64,000 nucleotides of DNA, taken from the NCBI RefSeq assembly GCF_964194155.1, contig NC_135903.1, forward strand, positions 9,424,001 to 9,488,000, in the 5' to 3' direction. This DNA comes from Cetorhinus maximus (lineage: Eukaryota). The position numbers were made by a program, and so were the translations under genes. Below, one piece after another: positions 1-12,439 of the stretch. A model generated the notes under the pieces. That model made no database searches and was not told the DNA's origin. It was given only the letters and a program-made list of their open reading frames with translations. Each line of letters opens with the position of its first letter. Position 1 is the stretch's first letter.

Positions 1-284
1 AGCTTAATATAGTGTTGGTTTCATGGCACTGTACACAGTCATCCCCCTTCTCTCCAGACCTCACATGTGCTGGAAGTCATGCTGGCCCAATAATACATTT
101 TTTGTTTATTTGTTCTTGGGATATGGGTATTCCTGGCAATTCCAGCTTTTACTGCCCATCCTTAAATGCCCTTGCAAATACATACAGCAACCATCCTGTT
201 ATGTATTATAGATAAGCTTTGCCCTAAAGGGTGTAACAAACAAACAATCACGAAACATTTTTAACAGTTTTTTTTATAGGCTTT

Positions 285-1075
285 CCAAATAGAGGCACCA
301 TGTACAAAAGCCAGGAACTTATGCTAAACCTCTGTAAAACACAAGTTCAGCCCCAGCTGGAGTACTGTGTCCAATTCTAGGCACCACACATTAGGAAGTA
401 AAGGCTTTGGAAGGGGTACAGAAGAGATTTACTAGAATGCTTCCAGGGATGAGGCATTATAGTTCCATGGATAAAGTGGGAGAAACTGGGATTGTTCTCC
501 TTAGAGCAGAGAAGACTATGAGGAAATTTGATAGGAGTGCTTAGACAAAGGGTTTAGACAAAGTTGTTAATGTTGGAATCCTGTTACAATGAAGTGCGTA
601 CTTTAATTTGAGAACAGCTGTTACTAATTGGGGTAAGATTAGGGAATTATTCTTAAGTATATAAGAACCAATTTACACTGGTGTAGTAGGGAGGAAAAAG
701 GAAGTCGGTGTGCTTGTGAATAAACCTTGGTTATGGAAAAGACTGGCTCCAGATTCATTCTTTCCTCAATGTGAGAATAATGACTCTAACAAAAGGAAAC
801 TGCTTCCAACAACTGAAACAATGATAGCCAGCGGGTACAGATTTAAGATGGCAGGCAAAACAATGAGAGGTGATATCAGGAAATCTTTTTCAGGCAACAA
901 ATGGATAGGATTTGGAATGCACTGTCTGATAGGGTGGTACACACAGTTTCAATAGTCTTCAAAAGGGATCAGGTAAGTACATGAACGAGAAATAATTGCA
1001 GGTATACGGGGTTAACTGGATGACTCAATGAGCTGAATGGTCTCCTTCTGACCTGTACTATACTATGATTCTATT
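285..1075 (+). mobile_element. CR1 LINE 3' fragment (RT C-terminus and 3' tail), interrupted by a solo LTR
   Basis: Degenerate CR1 ORF2 motifs (..PQLEYCVQF..ALEGVQKRFTRMLPGM..) and a CR1-type tail (gctgaatggtctccttctg...tatgattctat). Confidence 0.85.
565..791 (+). mobile_element. Short solo LTR (~227 bp)
   Basis: TGTTA...TAACA termini, internal AATAAA near 719, flanked by aaagt/aaagg (imperfect 5-bp TSD); splits otherwise colinear CR1 sequence. Confidence 0.65.
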
Positions 1076-2030
1076 GCAAGAGACTCCTTCTGATACAAGA
1101 TCTCATGTCTAGCTATACCTCTTCATACTGTACATGTCCTGATAAAGGGAAGGGAGGAGTGGATGAAGAGAATCCTTTCCAAATATATCAAACTGAAACC
1201 AAAGCCCTACTGGACATCCCAGGGGCACGAATTGCCTCACTTTGTGGAACACAGTAAAAATGTATGAAATACAACAGTCTATGCAGTAATAAAAACACCT
1301 TTCATCATTCCACTGTAATCAAACATTCAATAAAAAAAGATTGCATTTTGTGAACTTTTCATTTGTTGGCCTGAATATTTAAACTGACAATAATCCTATT
1401 CTCAAACTATACAATCTATAATGGCTATATCCCAAGGGAAAACAATTCACAACCAGAACCAGAGACTATTCATAAGGGATCAATTTTCCGATGACTTTTT
1501 ACTTTATCCACTCAATCTCCTTCATTTTGCTCTTCAATGAGTTTTCGTAATAAATACTCATCAAGTGGACATTTAGGAAATCCACATTTCAAGATTTCAC
1601 TATTTTGAATAGTGAAAGTGTGCATGTAACTGCAAAAACTGTATACAACTTAAACACAATTTGCAAAGACACGAGGAACTAAGATTGCCAAAATAAAAAC
1701 CTACACCTAAAGAAGTCTATCAGCAAACCTATTGGTAGCTTTTTCCCTCTTAAATACCAAAAAAACCCCACAAATTACAGGAATTTAATTCCATTTACAC
1801 ATAATAAAGATACTTCAACAATTAAATTGACCTACACATTTATGTATATTACTGTCTTATGTTGCAAAAGAAGAGTTCAAAAACAGGTTCTACAATTGAA
1901 TCAGCAATAAAACATACTATCCCATATACATAAAGGAAATGCGCTTCCCATGGGTCTGACATATTACATGAGATCTGAGGCTTCATTCCTACAAAGATTT
2001 CCTCACCACAGAAAGAATGCAGCTGTAATG

Positions 2031-3640
2031 CACAGGAAACATAGGATCAGGAATAGGCCATTTGATCCCTTGAGCCATTCCACCATTCAATGAGACCAAT
2101 GCAGATTTGTGAGCTAATTCCATGTACCTGCATTGTCCCAAATCCCTTAGTCTCTTTGGTTAACAGAAATCTATCAATCTCAGGATTTAAAATTAACTGA
2201 ATCAATTACTATTTTCATAGGAATGTTCTAAACTCTACCACGCTTTGTGTGAAGATGTGTTTCCTAATTACACTCCTGAAAGATCCAGCTCTAAGTTCCA
2301 GACTATATTCCCTAGTCTTAGACTCCCCAACAAGCAGAAATAATATCTACCTACCTTGGCCGTCCGCCGACCACCCCACCCCCCCACCCCACCCCCCCAA
2401 ATACCTTCAAAACTTCAATCTAATCACTTCTTTTTCTAAATTCCAGGAAATACAGCCCTAATTTGTGTAATTCCTCTTCATAATTTAATCCTTGGAGTTC
2501 AGAATTTACAGATTCTCGTAAATTATGTTGCACTGCCTCCAATGTGTTCTTCCTAAGGTGTGGTATGCAGAAGTCCACATGTGGTCTAACCAGGGCTATG
2601 TACAGCTGTAGAGTAACTTCTAATCGTATTCCAGTCTCCTAGATAGAAAGGCCAGGATTCCATTAGCCTTTTTGATTATTAAATGATCCATTTATCTGGA
2701 CCTCCAAGTCTCTTTGTACTTCCACTGTTTCTCGCTTCTCACCATTTAGAAGTATCCTGTCCTATCCTTTTTAGGTCCAAAGTTTGCCTATATTGAAATC
2801 CATTTGTCACAGTTTTTCCCATTCACTTAACCTATTAATATCTCTTTATAACCTGCTTCCATCTACACTGCTTACAATGCCACCTATCTTTGTGTCATGG
2901 CAAATGGATATAAGGCATTCTATCCCATCATCAATATGGTAATAGTTGAGGCCTCAAAACCGAAACCTGTGGGTCACCACTGGTCACATCCTGCCAATTA
3001 AAGTACCTTCCCATTATGCCTACTCCTTCTGCTATCTCACCGCCAGTTTCCTAAGCAGGTCAATAATTTGCCTTCAATTCTATCGGCTTCAACTTTAGCA
3101 AGCAGTTTCTTATGAGCGACTTTATCAAATGCCTTCTGGAAGTCCATATAGATAACATCTATTGATGCTTTCCTGTCCACTACTTTACTCACCTTTTCAA
3201 AAAATTCAACCAGACTCATCAAGTATGACCTACCCTTTACAAAGCCATGCTAGCTCCCTCTGATCAACTGAAAATTTTCAAAGTGTTCAGTCGCTCTATC
3301 CTTAATTATAGATTCTAGTAACTTTCTAACATCAGATGTTAGGCTAAGTGTTCTATAATTCTTCAACTTCCCTTTCTCACCTATCTTAAATAGTGGAGAG
3401 ACATGTGCAATTTTCCAATCACGAGGAACGATTCCCAAAATCAAGAGAATTTTGGAAGGTCATAGTTAGGGCGTCTGCAGTGTTCTCATCTACTTTCATC
3501 AAACACTGAGATGAAATCAATCAAATCCCAGGGATTTGTCACTTTTTAGTGCCATTACTTTCTTCATTACTGTTATCTTGCTTAATTTTGCCGAGTCCCC
3601 AATTCAATATTAGTTTTTCTGGCTGTCCAGCATGCTATTC
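2031..3640 (-). mobile_element. 5'-truncated CR1 LINE
   Basis: ORFs 3037-3222 (DVIYMDFQKAFDKVAH) and 3250-3444 (VPRDWKIAHVSPLFK) are CR1 RT motifs; CR1 tail at 2031-2090. Confidence 0.9.
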
Positions 3641-4939
3641 TCTTCCTCTGCTGAACCAATAGCACAGCTCTGGGATAAACTCTAAGCCACACCTGCCAAG
3701 AAATTAAGATTTTTTCCTTCTTTATTTTTCTGAAAGTTCAGAGTCAGGCTGGGTACATTTCCACAGCCACCTTGTCCAAATGGACATACTTCATAGCCTC
3801 AGACAAATGTCAGCAGAATCGCCATTCATAGGAGGCTATCCTCATCTATACAAACAGTTTCCCGTTGGAGTCACTAAATATTGATCAAAAGCATGAAACA
3901 TAACCAATATTTTCTCTTCCTAGCCATAGGACACAGAAGTTATGTGTAGTTCCATCATCACTACTACCCTGGCTAAGATCAGCTAATTCAGTGTGGGCTA
4001 GGAGTGAAACCCACTGTATCCTGTCCTCTATGTATCGTACCAGGTAGTGCATGTACCACATGCTGAGCCACATGAAAGTTCACCATTATTAATAAAATAT
4101 ATGATGAAAAGAGAATACACAATGTAGTGCTCCAACTATTTGACTAAATGAGAACAATGACAGTCACTTAGCTGTTCGAATGACCTTTCTTCTGTCTCCC
4201 TACTGTCAGTACTGGTTGCTTTTCTAATTTAAACACGATTGAAGGCAAAACTGAGATTGATAGATTTTTGTGCATTTATCCATCCTAACAGCTAAATGGT
4301 GATAATGCACAGATCATTAATCTGCCCAGGAACAGCCGTCTTCCAAAAATCCAATGTAGGCTTAAGTGAAAAACAGCAGAAAAACTGATAGATGTGTGGC
4401 TCATTCTTTTACAAAAATATTCCCCTCTTGCATCTCAGCCAGAACATGTTGCCATTATATCCTACTGATAACATTTTAAAATCACTTTTACCTGGACCAG
4501 AGCCAACAGGTATTCAACAACTTTAATATATGGCTCAAAATGCACAAGTGAACTGTTGTTGATTAGAACATACTGTTTATATTGCAATGCTCACTCAAGT
4601 TGCAGCTAATTCCAAAAGTTATTTAATTTATTTGATCTTATTGTCACAGGTGTGTTATAATTAGATTGGATTGCTGGTACCTCATGTGTTCAACAGATTT
4701 TGCACAGCTTTAACCTGGGTTCTTTGATGGAGTTTGTAAACAAGTTGTGCATTATGTTCAATTATTTAATCCTTCTGTAGTTACCATAATAATTTAGATA
4801 CACAGCTGAAAATCACTTCGCAGGCATCCATATTGGTAAGCTTATCTGAACCTCAACATGAACCAATTAATATTTACATAAAGATTACATATAAAAACCA
4901 GTGAAGCGTTTCATGCACTGTACAAACAGAATACACAAT

Positions 4940-5649
4940 GGCCTGAATTTTCCCGTCGACGATTTGGGGGCGGGGCCCGCTCGCCGACGGGAAAATGACG
5001 CGGGATGACTTCGGGAGGAACCCCCGACGCCATCCCGGTCCCTTTAAATTTTTAGGAAGGCGGGCGGACAGCGAAATCAGCTGTCCACCCGCCGACCTGT
5101 CAATGGCCAATTGAGGCCATTGACAGAGTGATTAAAATAATTAAAGACCTGCCCGTCCAACCTTAAGGCAGGCGGGCAGGCCAGGAGCCCCAGCGGGCTT
5201 CTGATAAGACATGAAACCTCATCCACTGGCGGGATGAGGTTTCATGTCAGTTTTTTAAAAACTTCAATACATTTTGTGTGATATTTATTAACATGTCCCA
5301 CCTCGTGTGATATTGTTACATGAGGGGGACATGTTAATAATTTTTTAATTTTTCTATTTTTAAAGTTTTTTGGACTGTCAGTAATCGCCCTGAGACAGCA
5401 CTGTGTCTCAGGGAGCAGTACGCTCTTTTGCGCGCATGTGTGAAAGAGCGCACTTTGACAGCTGGGGATTCCCTCCCCCACCCCCGCACAGGAAGCTCAT
5501 AGCACTTCCTGTCAGGCAGGCCGCTGGGCGGGCCTTAATTGGCCCACCCTTTCAAAATGGGGGCGGGCCGTTTCGGTGGCGGGGGCCAGCTGTCCGCCTG
5601 TCGCCGAGCCGGTGGGGCCCGCACGCCCACCGAGGGCAAAATTCTACCC
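4940..5649. mobile_element. PIF/Harbinger-like MITE, copy 1
   Basis: Imperfect TIRs ggcctgaattttccc / gggcaaaattctaccc; exact 3-bp TSD AAT (4937-4939, 5650-5652); GC-rich arms; homologous copies at 37.3 and 59.9 kb. Confidence 0.8.
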
Positions 5650-7908
5650 AATGACTTAGTGAAATATGTTTTTTTTTAATTGCTGTGGTAAACATACTCC
5701 TGAGTGTTTAAGGCACTTGATTATTTAAACCCATCAGAACAGCTTCCCGAAATATATCATTGTTTTTCTAACATTTTTCTACAGGCTCCTCCGCGAATTT
5801 CCAGGAATTACATCTGTGACTCCAATTCTAAATCGGTAATCATATTATTTTGCTGTACTTCTGATAATGATTTTTGTGTAGTTAACTGCATGGCCAACTA
5901 GCTTACTTACTGAGAACAGTTAATCTATGCAGCTCCATTACTTAATGGAAACATACCATTTTAAGCAACTATCCAGATTAAAATCACATCCCACAATAGC
6001 AGGAAGTTAACAGCCCGTCAAAATTAAAGTTGAACTATTCGACCAATTTGTTTAATAGACCACATTCTATTTGCAATGATTTACACTGGCACATTAGTAA
6101 AGCACACTTGCTTTAGTGTTTCTATGTGAGCAAGAACTAAAGGGTAGGGCTGTAAGGCTACAGATCAGTTGACTCGCTATTGAGTTTTACACTCGTGAAA
6201 ATCTGTTTGGAGCTATCAATATAATTTTATATTTTTCATTTCATTTTTACACCTGTTCTAAGTTGCTTTTTTAATTCCAGTCACCGAATTCATCAGAAAT
6301 GAAGCATTTCAGTACATGTTCTAAATAAAATATTCTTTTCTGAGATCTCAAAACTGTTAAACTCATCTTCCTCAATTCTTCTTTCTTTCTATAATTTTAA
6401 AAATCAAATCTTTGGTCTTTTGAAAACCTAAGCTTGGTGCTAATTACTCTTTTCAACTTTCATGGCATCCTGCCCTATGGATCTTGGCCCTTCAACCAAG
6501 TTTCTCAATTTAAAAAAATCCAAAACTTGTCTCCAAAAATTACAGCAATATCCCACCTACATAAATTCAACTATAAATTAAATTATTTAGAACATTAAAT
6601 CCACGATAAAATTGCATTTGCTGTAATCTCAGCAGCTCAAGTTATTGTGTTCCCTAAACACTGTCATTGGAACCACACTTCGGTAACATTAAACCTGAAC
6701 AACTGCAATAAAGATGCCAGTAGCAATTGTCCTTGGGACATGTATGTGTAATTCCTTAAAACCTTTTAGATAATGTTTATAACATTTTTTTTTTAAAGGC
6801 GTAACTGAAATGCATTGTACTGTGACGCAAGATAGAAAAACACTGGCACTTTGGGCAGGGTTTTCCATTTATGCATCACCAGTGCATTTCCTCCCATTCA
6901 TTTTAATAGACAGGAAACTTGTGGGCAGGTGAGTGCAGAAACAATAATTGCCTGTCACTGGGTACAAGTGAACATGATACAAATAGCTGATTTGCTCTAT
7001 TCGCAAACAATAAAGCAAAACTTTTGGTAGCATTCTGAACCATAACTAATTTACAGGATTAGATTCAAACAATCAAGCTGGAGAAAAAAAATCATACTTT
7101 AGTGGTGCTCTATCCCTTTAGCGAGTTTTATAAATATACAGAGAAAAGGGGATTCCAGGGGATAAGCAGATAGTGTAGTCTCATCAGAGTATAGATGATT
7201 TTGCTCTTGCAGTTTTAACTTCAAAAGGGAGATTACTGTCTATAAGTTCCAAGTGCCCATTTTAAATCTCACAACAAGCTGAAAATGTTTGCCCTTGTAC
7301 ATGGTTATCAACCCTTGAGAATTTGTGTCATCAGTTGTTCTGTTTAGCATTAAAAGGCAAGCCAAACCATTTGCATCAGACTGCATTCCAGAGACATTTC
7401 AGATGTGCAGGAGGTGCTGGATATACCAGTTTAGACTCTGGATCTGCATTCTGAACAGCCATAAGATTTCATAAGGTCTTATGGATGGTTTGCAAGCTGT
7501 GGAAACTATGGCCCAGAGAAAGCTTGCAGGTGGTTCCAACAATTTTCTTCCATTATGATCTTTCTCTAAAAAGTTAATGATATACAATTGTTATTCATTA
7601 GCTAAACATCCTGGACCTCCATAGTAAAATTCAGAGATCACTCGTCAATTTCCTCAGATTATTTGAAAATAGATTTACAATATAAAATAAAAACTTTCAG
7701 GAATACAATTACAAGATAAATGGCGCAACAAACTTGCAAGTTTGCTGCAACTGGGGAAAACTCAATACCATATATTGAATCTTTTCTAAATCCACAAGTA
7801 GTCTTCAGTGATATGCTCATATGACAATTTTAGATAATCCCAGCAAGGAGTTTCCCTGCAACGAAAAGTAGGAAAATTCTTCTACAATTGTCACACACAT
7901 CTACTTAC

Positions 7909-7965
7909 CATTTTAGATAGAAAAGGTTGCATGTTAATGATGAATGCTGTACCATGCCAATTTAT
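7909..7965 (-). CDS. Candidate 57-nt phase 0/0 cassette exon (INWHGTAFIINMQPFLSKM)
   Basis: Minus strand reads ttttcttccctacactctgcag | 57-nt open frame | gtaagt, in non-repeat sequence. No homology recognised; may be a pseudo-exon. Confidence 0.25.
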
Positions 7966-8583
7966 CTGCAGAGTGTAGGGAAGAAAATCTTTCAAACCAG
8001 TCATCTAAAAACATACAAATGCTGCAATTCAGAAATATCTGTCCCGCTGCTTTGAATTTGATGGAACAAATAATCTGGCTGTTATTGCCAGATAATGATG
8101 TCTTTTCACTGTTATTGGATTCTTGCTGACATGAACATGCTTTATCCACTTAGCTTTTGATTTGTGCCTCTCAGGTAGCTAGCCAACTCCCAAATATGAA
8201 GCAACAAGAAAGGATTTCACTCCAATGCAGAGGGAGATTCCCTCCCAGAAATGTTCAATACACACTATACCATAATAAAATCTTCTAAAACTAGTCCCTC
8301 CTACTTGTGATGGAACTGTAAAGAAATTTTGACAAAACTGTTCATTCACACAATGTTGCATCTGCCTCAACTGACAGTAAAGTTCAATTAACTAGACATG
8401 TTAGTGAATATTTTGCATCACAAGTCAATGTGGTCACCATGAATTCCACCAATCTCTTGACCAGGTAACATCGTCCAGATATCTATGTTACAAAAAATAA
8501 AATATACTTTTAACGGCTTGCCGAGTGACTAGCAAGTATTATTGTGAAATGCTAATGCTTTACAAAACAAAGTTCTAGTGGTT

Positions 8584-8683
8584 CCAAAGAAGAGTCATAT
8601 TGGACTCAAAAACATCAACTGTTTCCCTCTCCATAGATGCTACCAGACCTACCGAGTTTTTCCAGCAGTTTCTGTTCTTATTC
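8584..8683 (+). mobile_element. Short Penelope-type insertion with decayed hammerhead motif
   Basis: ccaaagaaGAGTCatattgGACTCaaaaacatcaact...gatgctaccagacct; exact 14-bp TSD aagttctagtggtt (8570-8583, 8684-8697). Confidence 0.75.
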
Positions 8684-8799
8684 AAGTTCTAGTGGTTACT
8701 TGCTAGAAACCAACTACTGCCTGAACCCCATTTTACATAGAAGCATGCATATTATAGAATGTATGCATGCTTCATTATAGAAAAATTGTTTTTTTTAAA

Positions 8800-9255
8800 T
8801 GGTACAAATTTAAGAGATGTAGGTGTCATTGTACATGAAACATAGAAAGTTAACATACAGATACAGGAAGCAATTAGAAAAGCAAATACTATGTCATTCT
8901 TTATTGCAAAGGGGTTGGTATACAATAGTAAGGATGCCTTGTTGCAATTGTTCAGTTTAGTCTCCATACCCAAGGAAGAATTTACTGCTTTAGAAGGGGT
9001 GAAACAAAGCTTCAATAGACTAACTCCTGAGATGAGGGAATTGTCCTATGAGCAGAGATTGAGAAGAATGGGCCTATACTCTCTGAAGTTGAGAAGAATG
9101 AGAGGTGATCTCATTGAAACATAAAATTCTGAGAGGGATCAACAAGGTAGATGCTAAGGGGCTCTTTCCCCTGGCTGGAACTAGAACTAGGGGGCATAGT
9201 CTCAGGATAAAGGAACAGCCATTTTGGACTGAGATGAACTAAGAGGGCTGTAGAT
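8800..9255 (+). mobile_element. CR1 LINE 3' fragment (tail resumes at ~10825-10900)
   Basis: ORF 8891-9124 (LSYEQRLRRMGLYSLKLRRMRGDLIET) is the CR1 ORF2 C-terminus. Confidence 0.85.
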
Positions 9256-9259
9256 GTAC

Positions 9260-10800
9260 TGATCCCATCCTTTATTAACAATGCGACCCACCTCCTTTTC
9301 CTTTTTGTCTATCCTTCCTAAATGCTGAATACCCTTGAACTTTCAGTTCCCAGCCTTGGTCATCCTGCCGCCACGTCTCCATAATGGCAATTAGTTCATA
9401 CTTGATTACCTCTATTTGTGCCGTCAGTTCATCTACATTGTTATTTGAATGCATTCACAGCATTCACAGAGTGCCTTTAATTTTGTTTTATTATTTTTGC
9501 AATCTCTAGCCTTAACTGCTGGCGCACTCTTATGTTTATACATTCTGTTCCTTCCTGACACACTCTGATAACCATTTCCCTTATTGCTATCCTGCTCTCT
9601 TACCTTCTCCTCTCTCTTCAGTTTGTCACATCTTCCCTCGCCCCCACTATTTAGTTTAATGCCCTCTCAACTGCCCTGGTTATACAACTCGCCAGAACAC
9701 TGGTCCCAGCACAGTTGAGGTGAAGATCGTCCCAATGGTACAGCTCCCATTTTCCCCCAATACTGATGCCAGTGCCCCAGGAATCAAAACCCACTTCTCC
9801 CACACCAACCTTTAAGCTACACACTTAACTCTCTAATCTTATTTGCCCTGTGCCAATTTTCTTGTGGCTCAGGTAATCTAGAGATTCTGCTTTGAGGTTC
9901 TGCTTTTCTGACAATTGCAAGGGCTGAGGCTCCTCCATCTCTACCTTCTCGATCCCCTTGCCTGCCTCACTTGCATCACATCCTCCTGCCCATGACCACT
10001 GACCAAAGACCCTATCCTAAGGGATGTGACCGCCTCCTGGAGCAAAGTGCCCTGGTAACATTCCCCCTCGCTGATGTGTCATAGTGTCCGCAGCTCAGCC
10101 TCCAGCTCAATGACTCTGAATGGCCTCTTTCTGCGCCGTAATTTTTCTATGGTTCTATGGTTTCTAAGCCGAAGCTCCTCAAACCACAGACACTTACCGC
10201 AGACCATGTTTGCCCTGGATCACACTAACTTCCACATCCTGCTGTCACAGCACATCACCTGTCTGGCCATCCTTATTGTATCTTAAGTGACTAATTATTT
10301 CCTTAATTAATGCCTCTTCTCATGCCACTTACTGTACTAATTTAAAGCTTAGTAGTCAAATTAACACCATCAGTTAAGAATAAAATAAATAAGACTCACT
10401 AGTTTCTTACTTCCTCTGCTAGTGTCTCTGAATTCATTATGAGGTAGGTAGTTTAGGATTATTTAAAAGTTTACACTTTCCTAAATTCCAGATCTTACTA
10501 TCAATAAACCTTACCAATAAATGTTACTAATACTTATGATTCATATTAATACTTAATACAACCTACTAGTAATAATAAACTCTGATTTATAAGAAAAGAT
10601 AAGACTCACCCAGAATATTCCCAAGTTTAGATCAGAAATGCTCATCAGCCAATCTCCTACCTGCCCTGTGATGTCACACCTTGATTTTTTTCCCACGATC
10701 AGAACTCTGACTAGAAACTGCCCATACCCGCTGCTTTCACTATTACCCGCCTCTCAAGCTGAGCTCTTGCCTTCCCTCTCCGTGCTCTTTGTAGCCCTGC
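9260..10800 (-). mobile_element. CR1 LINE 5' portion (5'UTR, ORF1 remnant, endonuclease start)
   Basis: 9260-9460 is homologous to the endonuclease start at 17400-17600; 9650-9900 matches the ORF1-end region at 17790-17990. Confidence 0.7.
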
Positions 10801-11639
10801 TGCTCTTGCTGTTTCTTGATGCTCAAAGGTGTGCCATGATCTTACTCAATGGCAGAGCAGCCTAGAGAGGCTGTATGACCCACTGCTCCTCTTTCTTTTG
10901 CTCTGACTAGGGTCTTAGCAGCTCCTTGTTTTTGTAGTCGATGCTCTTAAAATGTCAGCTAGAGGCAGGCCAAGAATGGATATTTTGTAATGATTTACCA
11001 TGAATGATGTGACATTTCACTCCAATCATACGAGACTAAAAAGAGAGGTACCTAAAAGTTGAGAGAAATCTCAAATGAACACTTTCCAAATTTAGATTAC
11101 TGGCTTAAAAAATTTATAATTATCTTTTGCTAGCTTGATTTCTTTTATCCTGATTGTGCTGTTAATACAAATTGCAAATTCAAATTTACAAGTCACAACT
11201 TAGTTTTAAATCACGTTTCCAAATAACATCATAGATAACATGCTGTACGAGATATTGATGTCATTCTTCAACACTAAGGGCCATGTTAGAACATGTAGAA
11301 ATTCCACTGGGAGTCAGAGAAAGCACTGCTTACATACTTAGTTACAAAGTATTTCAGCTGCCTCTCCCTGTTTTGTTAGCAAAGAATTTTTGACAACCAA
11401 CTTCAGTCTTTCTTTTGGGAAAAAATTGTGAAGATTCAATGACCATAAAATACTTAGAGATGAGAAAGTCCATCCTAATTTATCCATCCAGAATGACAAT
11501 AAGCTCCACATTGCTGTTTTTTAACTGATTGCAAGGTTTTCACCTCCACCATTCTGCCTGCCTGCCCATTCCAAGTGCTGATCACTTCCTGTGGGAAAAA
11601 CCTCCTGAAACTACAAATCCATTTGAGTGTCTTCACTTA

Positions 11640-12410
11640 CAGAAAGGTTAATGGAAGTCATTAAATGTTGCCTGATCATTGAGAAAGAGCAGAGGTTACT
11701 ACAGGGCCTTGTATCGCCAACTCACGGAAGTTATTGAGGTAATTACAAAGTCAGTGGGTAATGGAAGTCAAACAGACTATGTCTTGATTTTCAAAACACT
11801 TTGGTATAGTGCTGCGCAAAAGACTAAGCAAATCATGCATTTTCAGAGATTTGCAGCAGATTTTAGGTTCAAAAGAGAATAGATTGTATCTGTATGTACA
11901 GAGGGTAGTTTTAATGGTAGCAGCTATGTGTGGGGGCCTGTCACTAATGTAACGAGGGATTCATGTTAGATCCCTTGCTATTCACCAACCTTATTAATGA
12001 TCCAGACAAAGCCATTAGGGAACAGTCCACATGTTTTCCAATGACACAAATATGTACAGGAATTAGGGCCTTAGACAAAGTCAATAGTCTGCAAGGCAAA
12101 TCTAGATACTTTGGAGGAAATGGAAAAGTATATGGCAGGTGCCTTTTAATGTAGACAAGTGCAGCATGATGCATTTATGTCAAAATAATTCTAAACATAA
12201 AGACCCTTCGGGGTTACCACTCAAGGAGGTGAAGTGGAAGTAAGACCTGGGAGTTTACAAAACACTGAAAGCCAATGTGCTGAGGCTGGTAAAAGTGAAT
12301 AAGTTGTTAGAGTGTATATCTAGGACAATGAAACATAAAGCAAGTACATTTCTTATCAATACAAAACTGGTACATGTACAAAGTCCTGGTACATGCACTT
12401 CAAGAATATA
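11640..12410 (+). mobile_element. Old CR1 LINE RT fragment
   Basis: Degenerate GS(M)LDPLLFTNLIND motif (ORF 11963-12154) and downstream CR1 motifs. Confidence 0.65.
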
Positions 12411-12439
12411 GTGCCCTGTTTTTACCCCTTCACATACGA

